From Paraspadella gotoi (lineage: Eukaryota; Animalia; Chaetognatha): a DNA stretch of 64,000 nt. The notes beneath the pieces are model-generated. The model was not told the DNA's origin and did no database searches. It saw only the letters and a program-made list of their open reading frames with translations. The position numbers and the translations under genes were made by a program. Location: assembly GCA_051294375.1 (NCBI GenBank), contig CM119265.1:11223818-11287817 (forward strand), in the 5' to 3' direction. The number at the start of each line of letters is the position of its first letter. The first letter of the stretch is position 1. Shown in pieces: positions 35,956-49,200 of this stretch.

Positions 35956-37891
35956 ATCGGTCTAGCCATTCAAGAGCCATAGCACTTAAAAGACGAGTGG
36001 TTAAACGAGTGGGAAAACTATTTTTGTAGATCTGCAATAAAACCGACGCTTCTTTTTAACCTTTATTTACTGACGTTGTATTAACATTTTATAAAAAATT
36101 AAGAATGGGAAATGTAGATCTATATTAGTAAAAAAAAAATTGGTCTTGTTATTCAAATTCTATGGTACCTTAAATATACATGGTTAAAAATATGTCAATT
36201 ATCTTCTGCTCAAACACTGTTCTGATAGGGATACATTCCAGGGAAAATTTTTTTTAAATAGAAAATATATATAAGAAAAAGTCAAAATTAATAGTTCATA
36301 AAATTAAGTATCCTCGAGTATACTCTCAGAGCAGCGGGCTTGCAAATATCAATGTCAATATCAGTCAGTAATCAATATGTATAAAGATTTTATTTACGAA
36401 CAGCATCTCGTGCCCCAGCAGAATCAAGAGACTTCCTTTCTTCTAAGTCACGATGCAGCTGAAGCATCAACTCAAAACTATCTGCAGTTTTGCAAAAATT
36501 AAACGAATGATCATTACTCATTATACAATAGAGCGTAGTGAAAGTTACATACGGAAATTATAAAAGTTAATTATAAACAACATACCATCAGTAAGGCGTA
36601 GTAAAATTTCTAAATTTAACTTTAATTAAAATTCTAAAAATGAGGAACGAACAACATTATATTAATGAACATTTATGTAATAAAACAATTTATAATAAAT
36701 TTTACAATTTATGCAGTAGGCCATATTTATACTAGTATTAAATCAATAAATGTTAAAATTTCAAAACAGTTTTTTCTAAGATTTTTTTAGATTTGGATTC
36801 GTCATAAAAAGTTGATTAAGAGAAATATAACTCTTTTTGAAAAATTCCTTCATTAAGGAAGTTTGATTTGGGAACCTTTCCAATAAAACTTCATACATTT
36901 TTGAGAAAACTTTGAATGGAGCAAAATTTTCTAAAATGGCAAGAAGCATTAGTAATTAATTTTTTAATATTTATTTATAGATAGGAAATGTCAAAAAAAT
37001 TTTTATGATAAGTGGGTTAAATTGAGAAAAACCTTAAAAAATCATCATCATCATCGTCATCCGATGATTTTAGCAGTTTTTACTAATTTTTAGTAATAAA
37101 CATCAAAATTTTAAAAAGTTGTAATTAAATTTTTTGCTTAACTTTTTAAGCTCTATCAGAATCAATTAAAAAAACTTAAAATATCAAAAAAAATTTTTGA
37201 CATTATATAGCAATATAATAATATTAATTAGCGAATTACTCATGGTTCGGAACATTTTTGCAAAAAAATATTTTAACACAATAATTAATACCAATAATGG
37301 ATTAGTTTAATGCTGTTCCAATTAAAATTTGAATTTGGTCGGCTACCGCTACTTTTATGCTCGAATATCTATTGAAAATGCAGAAGGAATCGTCCTCGGG
37401 TCAATCTTTTACAAGAATTGAGAGAAAGGTTGGCTAAACTTAATACAACTTGAAAAAAAAAAAGAATTTGATCGATTTGGTTTAATATACATAATACATA
37501 TACATTTTCACAATTACATATATTTTATAAAAAAATTCAAGGTTACTTGTTTTACACTCATGTTGAAAAAAACGGCTACTCTTGAATTGCGCATGTTATA
37601 TGCATATATTGGTCAAAGTTATAAATGGTAAATATAGATTTTTAAAAAGGGAATCCATACATATAAGTTAAAAACAAGTTTGAGCAAACAATGTCGGATC
37701 TGCCTACGATAATTAATTAATTAATCGATTAATTAATTAATTAATTTTAAAAATGTAATAATTAATTTTAAATTTATATTCAACTTATCATCATCGATGT
37801 CCTTAAAATTGGGTTAGGACAGTTATTAAATATGTTTTGTTTACATTTTATCACAACAAACAAATATCCTTTATTTTATTTTATGTCTCCT

Positions 37892-37934
<43 letters not shown>

Positions 37935-38978
37935 ATGCAATTGCGACGATCTTTATGCTTTTAAGATTTTTTTAACTTGCATCATTTTTTCACATTAATT
38001 AATTAATTAACTAATTAATTAAATAAAACATTTATTAGTAATCATTAATATTAAAGATTCAAGTTAATGTGACTTATGTTTTTTCCATCTAAACTCATTT
38101 TCCACTGGCACAATTACGTCAAAACTTTATATAATTATTATATATTAATAAATATTTAAAAGCTTCAGTGCAACAACCCAATGAACTAAATCAAAAAGTT
38201 ACATTGAAAATCGATTTAGTAGTAAAAGGAAAAAAAAATTTTAAAGAGAACTAGAAGTTGTAAAAAGTGTTCAATTTTGGCCCGCCTTACTAGATATTAG
38301 GCCGGAACAGGTTGAAAACTAGAAGTTCTCTCAAATGGTTAATGGTTAAGCGACTATTAAATAATATGAAAATGAAAATAATTTTTAAAATTTTGCTTAT
38401 CAATTTTTTTTATAGATTCTGATAGAGCTTTAAAAGTTAGATAAAGGTTATTAATACAACTTTTTTTTGTTTTATTAATGAAAAATTTAAAAAAATAAAA
38501 TTCAGCCAATAATGATGATGATTATAATTTTTTAAGGTTTTTTCTATTTTTAACCAATTTATTGTCAAAATTTGAAAAAATTATAGTACTAACTTTCATT
38601 TAACTTTTAAGCTCTACAAGAACCCGTTCTTAAAAAAATCAAATTTAAAATTTTTTTTTTGTCATTTGTTATATATTAATAAATATTTAAAAGCTTCAGT
38701 GCAACAACCCAATGAACTAATTCAAAAAGTTACATTAAAATCGATTTAGTAGTAGAAGGAAAAAAGAAATTTTTTTGAGAGAACTAGAAGTTATAAAAAG
38801 TGTTCAATTTTGTCCCGCCTTACTAGATATATTGCATGTGATTAAACAATGTTATCGGAATAATAATTTTATCAATTTTATGTATTTTGTAAGTATTTTA
38901 ATTATTTTTATTCTGTGAGTAAAATAACTTTTTTATTGGCTAATTTTTATTTCGGACGATCCTATGCTCATTTTTCTG

Positions 38979-39018
<40 letters not shown>

Positions 39019-39615
39019 TAATAAAGATTCAAGTAAATGTAACTTATGTTTTTTCCATTTAAACTCATTTCCACTGGCACAATTCCGTCAAAACTTTATA
39101 TCTAGCTTCTTCACACACTTTCCTACCCGCTCACAAAATTTCATCTCAATCTATTATGGGTTAAAATAAGTAAAAAGATTCAAGTAAATGTGACTCATAT
39201 TTTTTTCATTTAAACTCATTTCCACTTGTACGTTTCCACCGAAACTTTATATCAAGCATCGTTACACATTTTTCTACCCACACAAAAAAATTGAACTCAA
39301 TCTATCCATCCAATTATGATTAATTAGAGTACTTATTGGTTAAAATAATTAAAAAATATTTTAGTAAATGTGACTTATGTTTTTTCCTCTTAAACTCACA
39401 CGATTCCGTCGAAACTTTATATCAAGCTTTATCACTCACTTTCCTACCCACACACAAAATTCCATTCCAATCCAACCAGCCAATCACGAGTTATTGGAGC
39501 TTTTTGCTAAGGTGGGACGGATGGACGGATTGATTGACTGATTAATTATTGATTAATTAATTAATTGATTAATTAACAGATTAATTATTTGATTTATTAA
39601 TACATCCTGCATATA

Positions 39616-40311
39616 NNNNNNNNNNNNNNNNNNNNNNNNNNNNNNNNNNNNNNNNNNNNNNNNNNNNNNNNNNNNNNNNNNNNNNNNNNNNNNNNNNNNN
39701 NNNNNNNNNNNNNNNNNNNNNNNNNNNNNNNNNNNNNNNNNNNNNNNNNNNNNNNNNNNNNNNNNNNNNNNNNNNNNNNNNNNNNNNNNNNNNNNNNNNN
39801 NNNNNNNNNNNNNNNNNNNNNNNNNNNNNNNNNNNNNNNNNNNNNNNNNNNNNNNNNNNNNNNNNNNNNNNNNNNNNNNNNNNNNNNNNNNNNNNNNNNN
39901 NNNNNNNNNNNNNNNNNNNNNNNNNNNNNNNNNNNNNNNNNNNNNNNNNNNNNNNNNNNNNNNNNNNNNNNNNNNNNNNNNNNNNNNNNNNNNNNNNNNN
40001 NNNNNNNNNNNNNNNNNNNNNNNNNNNNNNNNNNNNNNNNNNNNNNNNNNNNNNNNNNNNNNNNNNNNNNNNNNNNNNNNNNNNNNNNNNNNNNNNNNNN
40101 NNNNNNNNNNNNNNNNNNNNNNNNNNNNNNNNNNNNNNNNNNNNNNNNNNNNNNNNNNNNNNNNNNNNNNNNNNNNNNNNNNNNNNNNNNNNNNNNNNNN
40201 NNNNNNNNNNNNNNNNNNNNNNNNNNNNNNNNNNNNNNNNNNNNNNNNNNNNNNNNNNNNNNNNNNNNNNNNNNNNNNNNNNNNNNNNNNNNNNNNNNNN
40301 NNNNNNNNNNN
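39616..40311. other. Assembly gap (696 N) inside HINE sequence
   Basis: N run; HINE-type units on both sides. Confidence 0.95.
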
Positions 40312-43235
40312 TCTTTGGTTTTTTAATTTGAACTCTTTTCACTCCTACGATTCCATCAAAAAATTTATATCCAGCTTTATCACATACTTTCCTACCCACA
40401 ACAAAATTCCATTTCGATGTTGTCTTATCCAATTTTTAATAAACATAATAATTATGAGTAAATTTAAGTAAAAATACTTCAAGTAAATATGACTTAGACA
40501 TTATAAAAGATTAGAAAGTTGTGGATTCCTTTCACTCATTAAAGGAAAAATAAATTAACTAGCGGAATTATAAGTTTGTAAGAGGAAGTCAGAATCGGCG
40601 AAAATCTTAAAAGGCTAGAATGTTGAAAAAAGGGAGAGGAATTTTGGTTGTTTTTGGTCGATTTCTTCTAAACCCATGGGCCAATTTAGATGTAACTTAA
40701 GATTTACATTATTCCAGTCATTCTCTATCCAAAAATATTAAAATATTATGAAAAAAGGTTTGGGATCGAGTTTCGGAATTTGGTTCTAGTTTAGAAGTTA
40801 CAGACCAAAAAATATTGTTACTTCAAATGAAAAATGGCAAAAAAAATCATATTTAGTTTTCCTCCATTTTTGGTAGAGTTATTTGTTTATATTTTGAATA
40901 GAGTTAGTGATTTTTTTTTTAATTCAGCAATGCTAAAGGCCTAGAGGAAAAGAGGGAAAGACATGCAACATTAACATCGGGTCTAAAAAGAAAAATATTT
41001 CGCTGTCATATTTTGCTGTATGAGAGCATGCCCAGACGAATGCTGGCAGTAGTCAATGCCGAGAAAGAGCATACCAAATATTGAGAATGTTTTACCCATG
41101 TTTTGTATACTTTTTATTGAATAAATGAATTATGTTATATACTTTTTTTCAAAATGACATGTCCTATGGATTCGTCTGATCAAGGGCTGTTGATTGGTGC
41201 CCATTTTATTTTTTTTTAAATACAATACGGGGTGGATCAAGAGCGTCAGTGCTACGAGCGTTAAATATCGGAGTTTTTAAGGTTTTTTATTTTATAAGGA
41301 AAAAAAATATTTTAATTACACTTTTTAATATTTTTACTCAAGAAAATCTATAATAAACATGAACAATTGAACATTTGTCTTTTTATTAGTACAAAACATA
41401 TCAAACTAAAATTAATATTAAAAAGTCACTTCCGGTTTTTCAGCGTCAAAAATGCTCTTACTTTACTTTTCAGCTTTAGCAAATTAAAAAAACAGCAGCA
41501 GAATGATTATCCACAATTATTGGGTTAATTTTAAAAAAGCTTTTAGCAATAGCTTAATTTAGTTGATTTGAAATGCTCTTTCTGTATTGCTTTTGTTTGC
41601 GGGTTATGTGACCATTATAATCCAAAACAATTTTTTTTGCTTTTTTGGCAGCAACTTTTATTAGAGCCAAACTTCGTCAATGGGGTGGGTCAAGGTCAAA
41701 GCGTTTAGATAGGCGAAAATCTTGCTTTAAAAAAAATTCAACATTTTTCTAATAGAGATTTCCGTTCGAATCTGACTGCCCAACTTTACAAACGAGCCTG
41801 CAAGAAATTCCGGTAGAAAACAGTTGTAAAAACACCCGATTCCGACAGCTTTGCATCTCAAGAGCTCGTTCCTTTCTTCTTGTGGCATTTGATAAAGATT
41901 TTACTATCAAACCAGCCAGGGAAATGAACTACTCATCTCCGGAGGATTTTCATACCTTATTTTTACTATAGAAATGAAAGGGAAATTTCACTTTTTAAAA
42001 TTACGAACGGGATTAGGGTATGTTAGTATTATAAATGGTACTTCGAATTATGAGATTCCAAAAGCTTTGTCCCTAGAGCTCGTTCTATTTTTCTTTTTAT
42101 TATTGACCAATTTTTTCATATTAAACCAACATGGTAAAGTGAATTGGTCCAGTTTTCATCGCGAAATTTTTATTTAATAAGAAATTAAAAGGAAGGTTAA
42201 GAGAAAAATTATTTTTCCTAATATCTTTTGAAGGAACAAAGATAAATGGTTGGCAATAGTACCAAAATGAAGCCATAATCATAGGGCACATTCAAGATAC
42301 AATTTTAGAATTATTTTTGCTGAAATCTCTTTACAGGGCGAGTGTCAAACTAAGTCAAAATTATAATGAATTTTAAAACTAATGACACCCCATAAGAATA
42401 AATAAAAATTAAATTCTTTTTAATGATTCTGAAGAAAAAAAGCTAAATTGTACTCTAGTAAAACTTAAAAGTTTTTTGGATAAAGAAAATGTAAATTGTT
42501 TGTCACTTAAATATTTGCTTGTCTGATTTTACAAGCATGCTTACAAAATTCTACAAAATATTATTCCACCCATCACAGTCTAAGTATTTATCTTTCTTTT
42601 CCACCAGCAAAAAGTAAACATTATCTTATTTTAGAGAACAGGGACATTTACTGAAAGGAGCCAGAAGATGTTTAACTTCTTCACTTTAATGTCAGTTTTT
42701 AATAATAAAATAGGCAAATTTTTTAATTACTCAACTTTCACAGGCTTCACAAGACATTACACTTTCACAATATTCCAATGTTAATGTAATGTATTATATT
42801 TTTTACCAAGCAGATCCGACTAAAAAAAATTTGAGAAAAAAATTCGAGAAAAAAATTAAGGAAAAAGAAATTAAAAAAAAAATAAGAAACTTAAAAAAAC
42901 AGTAAAGAAGATTCCTAATTCTTTTTGTTTACTCGATTGCGAAAAAATATACCCCGTTTTATGCGCGATGTCAACCGGTAGTCAGATTCAAGAAAAATCT
43001 TTTATGGCAAAAATCTTCCATCAAAGATGTGGATTTTCCGAAGATTTTGGTTAATATTGGATTTACTTGAAACCTAATATTAACAATATTGGCATCATTC
43101 TACATTGGTCGGTACAAGAATATATCTAAAAAACCTCTGGCTCAGAGATTAGTCCTAGGATGGATTTTGTATTAAATTCAAGTAGCTTGTAATGAGGAAA
43201 AACTCTATTAACGTTGAATCCGCTCTGACGTTCAG

Positions 43236-46200
43236 GCCCTCTCTCGCTTTACCCTTTTAACGGCCAACTCCTCTATAACGGAGATGAAGGCGAAGAACGT
43301 GGACACAATCAAGACGCTAATCTCGGTGGCGCAGACGGACGGGAACTACTTGGGGCGATCCTGGCTGGAAATTCTCAAATGCATTTCGCAACTGGAACTG
43401 GCTCAGCTCATCGGCACCGGAGTAAAGACCAAGTACCTTTCCTCCAACGGGATGTCTTCGGGTGAGAAATTGATTTCAATGATGATCCTGAATTCCCTCT
43501 GGTTTTATAGGCCTAATTAAATGCTTGCTTAGTATGACAATAGACGACGATGTAGATGTTTGATTTTATTTTTTTGAAAAATTATAATTTGCCAGACATA
43601 GATTTTTAGCTAAAAAAATGTCCCGTTTTAATTTTCAACTATTTTTTGTGCACCGCTTCTCTTCGGTGAGTTTTAACCATACAGAATAATATTACCGCTG
43701 TTTGTTGGCACGAGCCGTATCGGAAATGCCGACTATCAATTTTGTTTAATTCTTTAAAAATACCCTATGGTAGGAGCCGACGTCGTTCTTAGAGATCGAG
43801 GAAGATTTTTTCAATAGAGATTTTTGTTCAAATCTGACTACCAAACAATATAAACGCTCCTGGGAAAGATTTTAGTGAAAAATCGATGTAAAAACACTTG
43901 ATTCCGATCCTGTTGCATCTGAAAGACTTGCTTTTTTTCTCTTGTCAAATCATGAACATCTTGATATCAAACAAGCCAGAACAAACAGACTGCTTCTGTA
44001 CGGAAAAATTTTCCATCTCCGATTTTATATGGAAATGAAAGAAATTTTTCCTGTTTGACAAATGACGTCAAATTCAGGAATCCTCTGGCAAAGTGTTTGA
44101 AGGGCTCTCATAATTTTTCTTTAGTTTTATTTAGTTATTTTAATATGATACGATAATGGTAAAGTGAATTAGTCGATTTTGGTAAAATTTTTATTTAAGC
44201 TAAAAGTAAAAGAGGAGCTAACGATTGGAATTCTAAGAGTTTTCAACCGGTAGTCAGATTCAGGAAAAATCTTTTATAGCGAAAATCTTCCATCAAAGGG
44301 GTGGATTTTCAGAAGATTTTGGTTAATATTTTTTATATCCAATTTTCTATTATCCGTGGTTGGATTTACTTAAAACTTAATATTAACAATATTGGCATCA
44401 TTCTACATTGGCCGGTACAAGAATGTACCTTTGGCTTTTTTTTGTCAGAGATTAGTCCTACCTATGGTTTTTTTTAAGTAATAAAAAAAAGATTGGTCGC
44501 TTATTAGTATTACTTTAGAATTAGAAACGGTATTAACGTGAATATTCGGTATTTTTGAATCATTTTTCATTCAGATTATTTTCCTATTGATTACAGATGT
44601 ATTATAGATGTATTTTCAAAATTTAAAAATATTATTTGGATTACCATTGCACACCTTTTTTCTTCAGTACCCGAAGGATCGGGCTCAACCCCTGCCGGCT
44701 TCACTATGGAGACTTTGGCCGATGGGAACTTGCTGCAGCAACTCGACCAAAAGCGGAAAGCGTTGCTGCAAGAGTCCATGGGCGAAACGAGCTCCCAATC
44801 GGTCGTCGTTGCCGTCGACAGAATCTTCACTGGTTAGTTCATCGCGTTTCAACGTTATTATAGGAGCCGACGTCGTTCTGAGAGATCGAGGAAGATATTT
44901 TCAATGGAGATTTTCGTTCAAATCTGACTACCAAACAAACGTTCTGATTTTATATAGAAATGAAAGGGATTTTTTCCATTAAACGATATAAACGTGACTG
45001 AGGTATGTTCCTGTTCAACAAATGACGTCCAATTTTGAAATTTTTTAGCAAAGTGTCTGAAGGGCTCTCAAAATTTTTCTTTACATTTTATTTAATTATT
45101 TTGATATGATACAATCATGGGAAAGTGAATTAGTCCATTTTGGTGAAATTTTTATTTAAAGTAAAAGTAAAAGAGGAGCTAATGATCGGAATTCTAAGAG
45201 TTTTCAACCGGGAGTCAGATTCTTCAAAAATTTTGGTTAATATTTTCTATATTTATGGTCGGATTTTTTTTAAAACTTAATATTGCCATCATTCTACCTT
45301 GGCCGGTATAAGAATATATTAAAAAAACATTATTAGATTTGCTTTATTTTATTTTTCACTAATTCCTTTTTTTATCTCTTAGGTTCCGTTCGCTTGGACG
45401 GCGACGGCGTGGTGGATTTTATGAAGGCGTTGTGCGCAGTCTCGATGGATGAATTATCTTCGCCGACGCACCCGAGGATGTTCTCCTTGCAGGTGGTTTT
45501 ACGAATCAATTGTTTTAGCAAACAATGTCGGAGCTGCCCACGATCATTATCATTATTTTATTAAAGATTCTGATTCTTCATAAAAAGTTAGATCAAATAT
45601 ATAAAATATGTTATTAAAAATTTCAATGTCTTCAGCGTCAAAAAAGGAAAAAAAAGATCAAATTCTCCACTTTTTTACGTTTTGTAATAGAAACTATTAT
45701 ATGATGAAACATTTTGGTCATTTTTCGCAGCTTTAACCTAAAAATATCATGTAACATATTTTACAAAAGTTTTTCAGTTTTTTCCGGCGAATCCAAAACA
45801 GTTCTTAAAATTCAAAAAATATGATTTTGAAATTTTATGTTTTTATAAGGATATTACTATAAAAAAAATTCAATTAATGATACTGTTATGCAATTTTTTT
45901 TTCAAAGGGGCTTAATTATTTTTTATTACATATACAAAGGCAAAAAAGCATTGTTCCATCGCTCAATCTTTTCATCACTCCACCCTATTGTACATACAGT
46001 TGCTGACTCTCTTTCTGTCTCTCTCTCTTTCTTCCTTAACTACTAACCAGTGCCTCGCTTTCATCCTGCTCACTGAGAATTATAATTTTGCATAAAAAAT
46101 AAATAAATCAAAAAAATAAAAACATCAGATTGTGACAAAATCGATTGGGAAAATTTTGATTTTTTTCAAAATGCAAAATTATTTCACAAGTTTCTTATTT

Positions 46201-49200
46201 ATGAGACAAATGTTTTTTTCAAAAATTTAAATATTCAACTTTTTAATTAATTAAAAATCATTTTAGTGTACTAAATTTTAAAATATTTTTATAAAAATTG
46301 ATGATTTTCCCAAAAATGTTATTTTGATTTAGAGATATTTGGTTGATTGTTATGCCTTAAATTTCTTTTAAATGAAAAATAATAGGTTTAATAGATAGCT
46401 CTTGATCTCTAGTAGTAAATTGAGTTTGAATATAACTTTTTTTAAACAAGTTTAACCCAGATCAATTACAAAATTTATGGTTCTTCCCCACCAACAAATG
46501 AGCATCTGCTCTGCAAACACAACATCTCCCGAAAGAAAAACGAAAGAGGATCTCCTCCTCTTCCCCTCCCCTTTTCTTACCCCTCCCCTCCACTACCTCA
46601 GCACGCTGCCATGAGACAGAATCACCCACTTGACCAGACGAGGCGATGGCCGAAATAGCTGTCGGGTGATCAGTTGTTCCTGAAGCCCCACCCCTATGCT
46701 TGGGAGGCGGCGGAGAGTTGCGAGGCCTGTAGGGACGGCGAGTACTATACGGACTGCCACGCCCATGCTTGTGGCTAGCAGAACAAGCTCACTTGTGGTT
46801 GTTGGTGGGGAAAAACCATGAAGATTCCGGGTTCCATGCGGAACCATAAATTCTATCATGTAGTTTTTCCCCACCAACAATGAGCCTGTAACAAGACCAG
46901 GCGAAGGCCCGACAAAAACAAACAAAGTCGAGTTAGGTGGGGCACAGGAGGAAAACACCTCTGTACACCGAATGTATGCCAAAAAGACGAAGAAAAAAGG
47001 AGACCGAGCGTAAAGGCGCGAACAGAAGAAGTGATTGTCTCGTGGCATCGTGATGAGGGAGGGGAGGGGAAGAGGAGGAGATCCTCTTTCGTTTTTCTCT
47101 CGGGAGATGTTGCGTTTGCTGAGCAGATGCTCATTTGTTGGTGGGGAAGAATACATGATAGAATTAATTTTATTTTCAGTTACTCGTTTATTAAAGTTTA
47201 ATCAAGCTTTCTCAGTGTAGGCGATTGGTGGGTCCGGAGAAGAGCGGGAGTTTAACTTAGAGCTCTCTCTATACAAGCTTTCTCAGTGTTAGCGCGCTGG
47301 ATTTCAACGTTACAAAGAGGTTTCGGGTTCAAATCTGGCTGAACTTACTTTTTATCTTATGGCTTTCCGAAGGGGGAGTAGCCAACTAGCCATATGTGTA
47401 CTCAATATTAAAACAATAACTCTTTCAAATTATCATTTGTACTCGTGTTACAGAGCTTGCCGTCTCAGAAATTCGAGACGGATGCTACTGTACCTCTTTC
47501 ATTTCTTCTCAATGTAATATTCTATTATAGATATAGTACTATCTAGGAAAAAAGTATGATATTTTTAATAAAGGATATCTACTCGAAAACTTGTTTGATT
47601 TTAAATCTATATTGCTGTCCCATGACCAGAACTGGTTTTCCAGAGGTATTAGAGAGGCAATCTACATCAAAGCTCTCGAACCCTTTCTGAACCGTGATGG
47701 AGGACGATTCGACCTCCCTCCAAGCTATGATTCGCTTATCCAAATGGTGGTGGAACGCCCAGAGCCACCCCAACCGCACAATGATTCCCGTCCCCACTCA
47801 ACGGGTCAGGCGGAGGCCTCTCAGCAGGCAATGGACGTCCTATATCTTTCCCGAGCCTGTAGCAACTTGGCGCGACTCTCCTCTCGCCAAGCGTCGCCCA
47901 AAACGACAGCTACAGGAGGAGGGAGAGGAGTCTGTATCTTCTGTAGCAAAACAGGCCAGAACAGGCAACTGCCTGCCTCACCGTCAGGTGAGAGGAGGGC
48001 TGTCAGCAGGCTTATCAGGCCAAAGAGATATACGAGTAGCACTCGGCATTTTCTCAGGCGGATCTCTTCCGGATCCCAGCATGTCAAACTCTACAAGCAT
48101 ACCCTCGCAACCTTTGACAGGCCAATGACCCGACCTTATCGTCAACGTCCTCCATTTGCCCGGCCGGGGGGGGGCCAGCTCATTTTTGAGCTCTTTCTTT
48201 TACTTAATTTCATTTTTCTTCACTTATCTATCCCTCACCACTTACTTTTCTATTTCAAATTTCACTTTATTTCACTAACTTATTTATTTTCTGTTGTTAA
48301 TATTTAATTTCAGTTTATTAATTTATTGCACTTTATCTCTGTTGTACATTGCTAAATGTATTGTTTAAATTTTTGCTCTCTCTCTCTCTCCCACTCTCTT
48401 TCATTTTCACAAACTTACTTCTTCCCTCTCCTCACCTTCAGCTGTCCTCACATCTGACCACTGTCCCTTACCTTATTCTTTGTTGGAAACTCTCCTTCAA
48501 TTTCTCTCTCTATCTCTCTCTCTCTCTCTCAAAACTAACTTCAACAGAGACTTCAATATTGATTGTCAAAGCACTGATGAAGGCTCTAACTGAATGAGCC
48601 GAAACATGTCTGGCTAATTATGTCAAAAAAAAAAAATCGTTGTCAAACCAAAACTGTTTTTCTCCTAAATCTATATTAAATTTTTTTTCAGTAGCTTCCT
48701 TCCTTTTTTTTGTAGGTCAAATCGTTTAGAAGTTAGAGGCAAAAAAATATTGTTACTTCAAATGAAAAATGTTGAAAAAAATCAGATTTAGTTTTCTACC
48801 ATTTTTGGTATATAATTTTTTGTTTTTATTTCGAATAGTTATTTTTTTTAATTTTTTTTTAATTTGGCAATGCTAAAGGCCTTACACCTTTTTTTGGTTC
48901 AAAAAAGTAAGATTATAGCTTTCAGAAAAGAGGGAAAGATGTGCAACATCAACATCGGGGCTGAAAAAAATTGCGTTAAAGATGTGAAAAAATATTTCAC
49001 TTTCATACCTCAATTTGCTGTATGAGAGCATGTAGGCAGTATTCAATGCCGAGGAAGGGCATACCAAATATTGAGAATGTTTTACCTATGATTTGTATAC
49101 TTTTTATTGAATAAATGAATTATGTTATATACTTTTTTCCTAGATAGTAGGCTATATACACTAGGGTGGAGTGATGAAAAGATTGAGCGATGGAACAATG

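Larger units (their letters stand above)
47537..49149. mobile_element. TIR MITE (TACTATCTAGGAAAAAAGTAT...ATACTTTTTTCCTAGATAGTA) hosting a Penelope fragment
   Basis: Roughly 21-bp TIRs; another left end at 51989. Confidence 0.65.

Noticed and set aside
38140-38830. Direct repeat of about 160 bp (about 38145-38298 and 38672-38829)
   Set aside because: No TG..CA ends, PBS or PPT; looks like internal repetition of an AT-rich element.
39581-40432. 283-aa ORF
   Set aside because: An artefact of translating through the N gap.
43228-43236. Microhomologies at ARFGEF block junctions (CGTTCAGG for A/B, TTTTCAG for B/C) resembling ciliate pointers
   Set aside because: Largely explained by exon ends in CAG coinciding with the acceptor consensus; the C/D junction has none.
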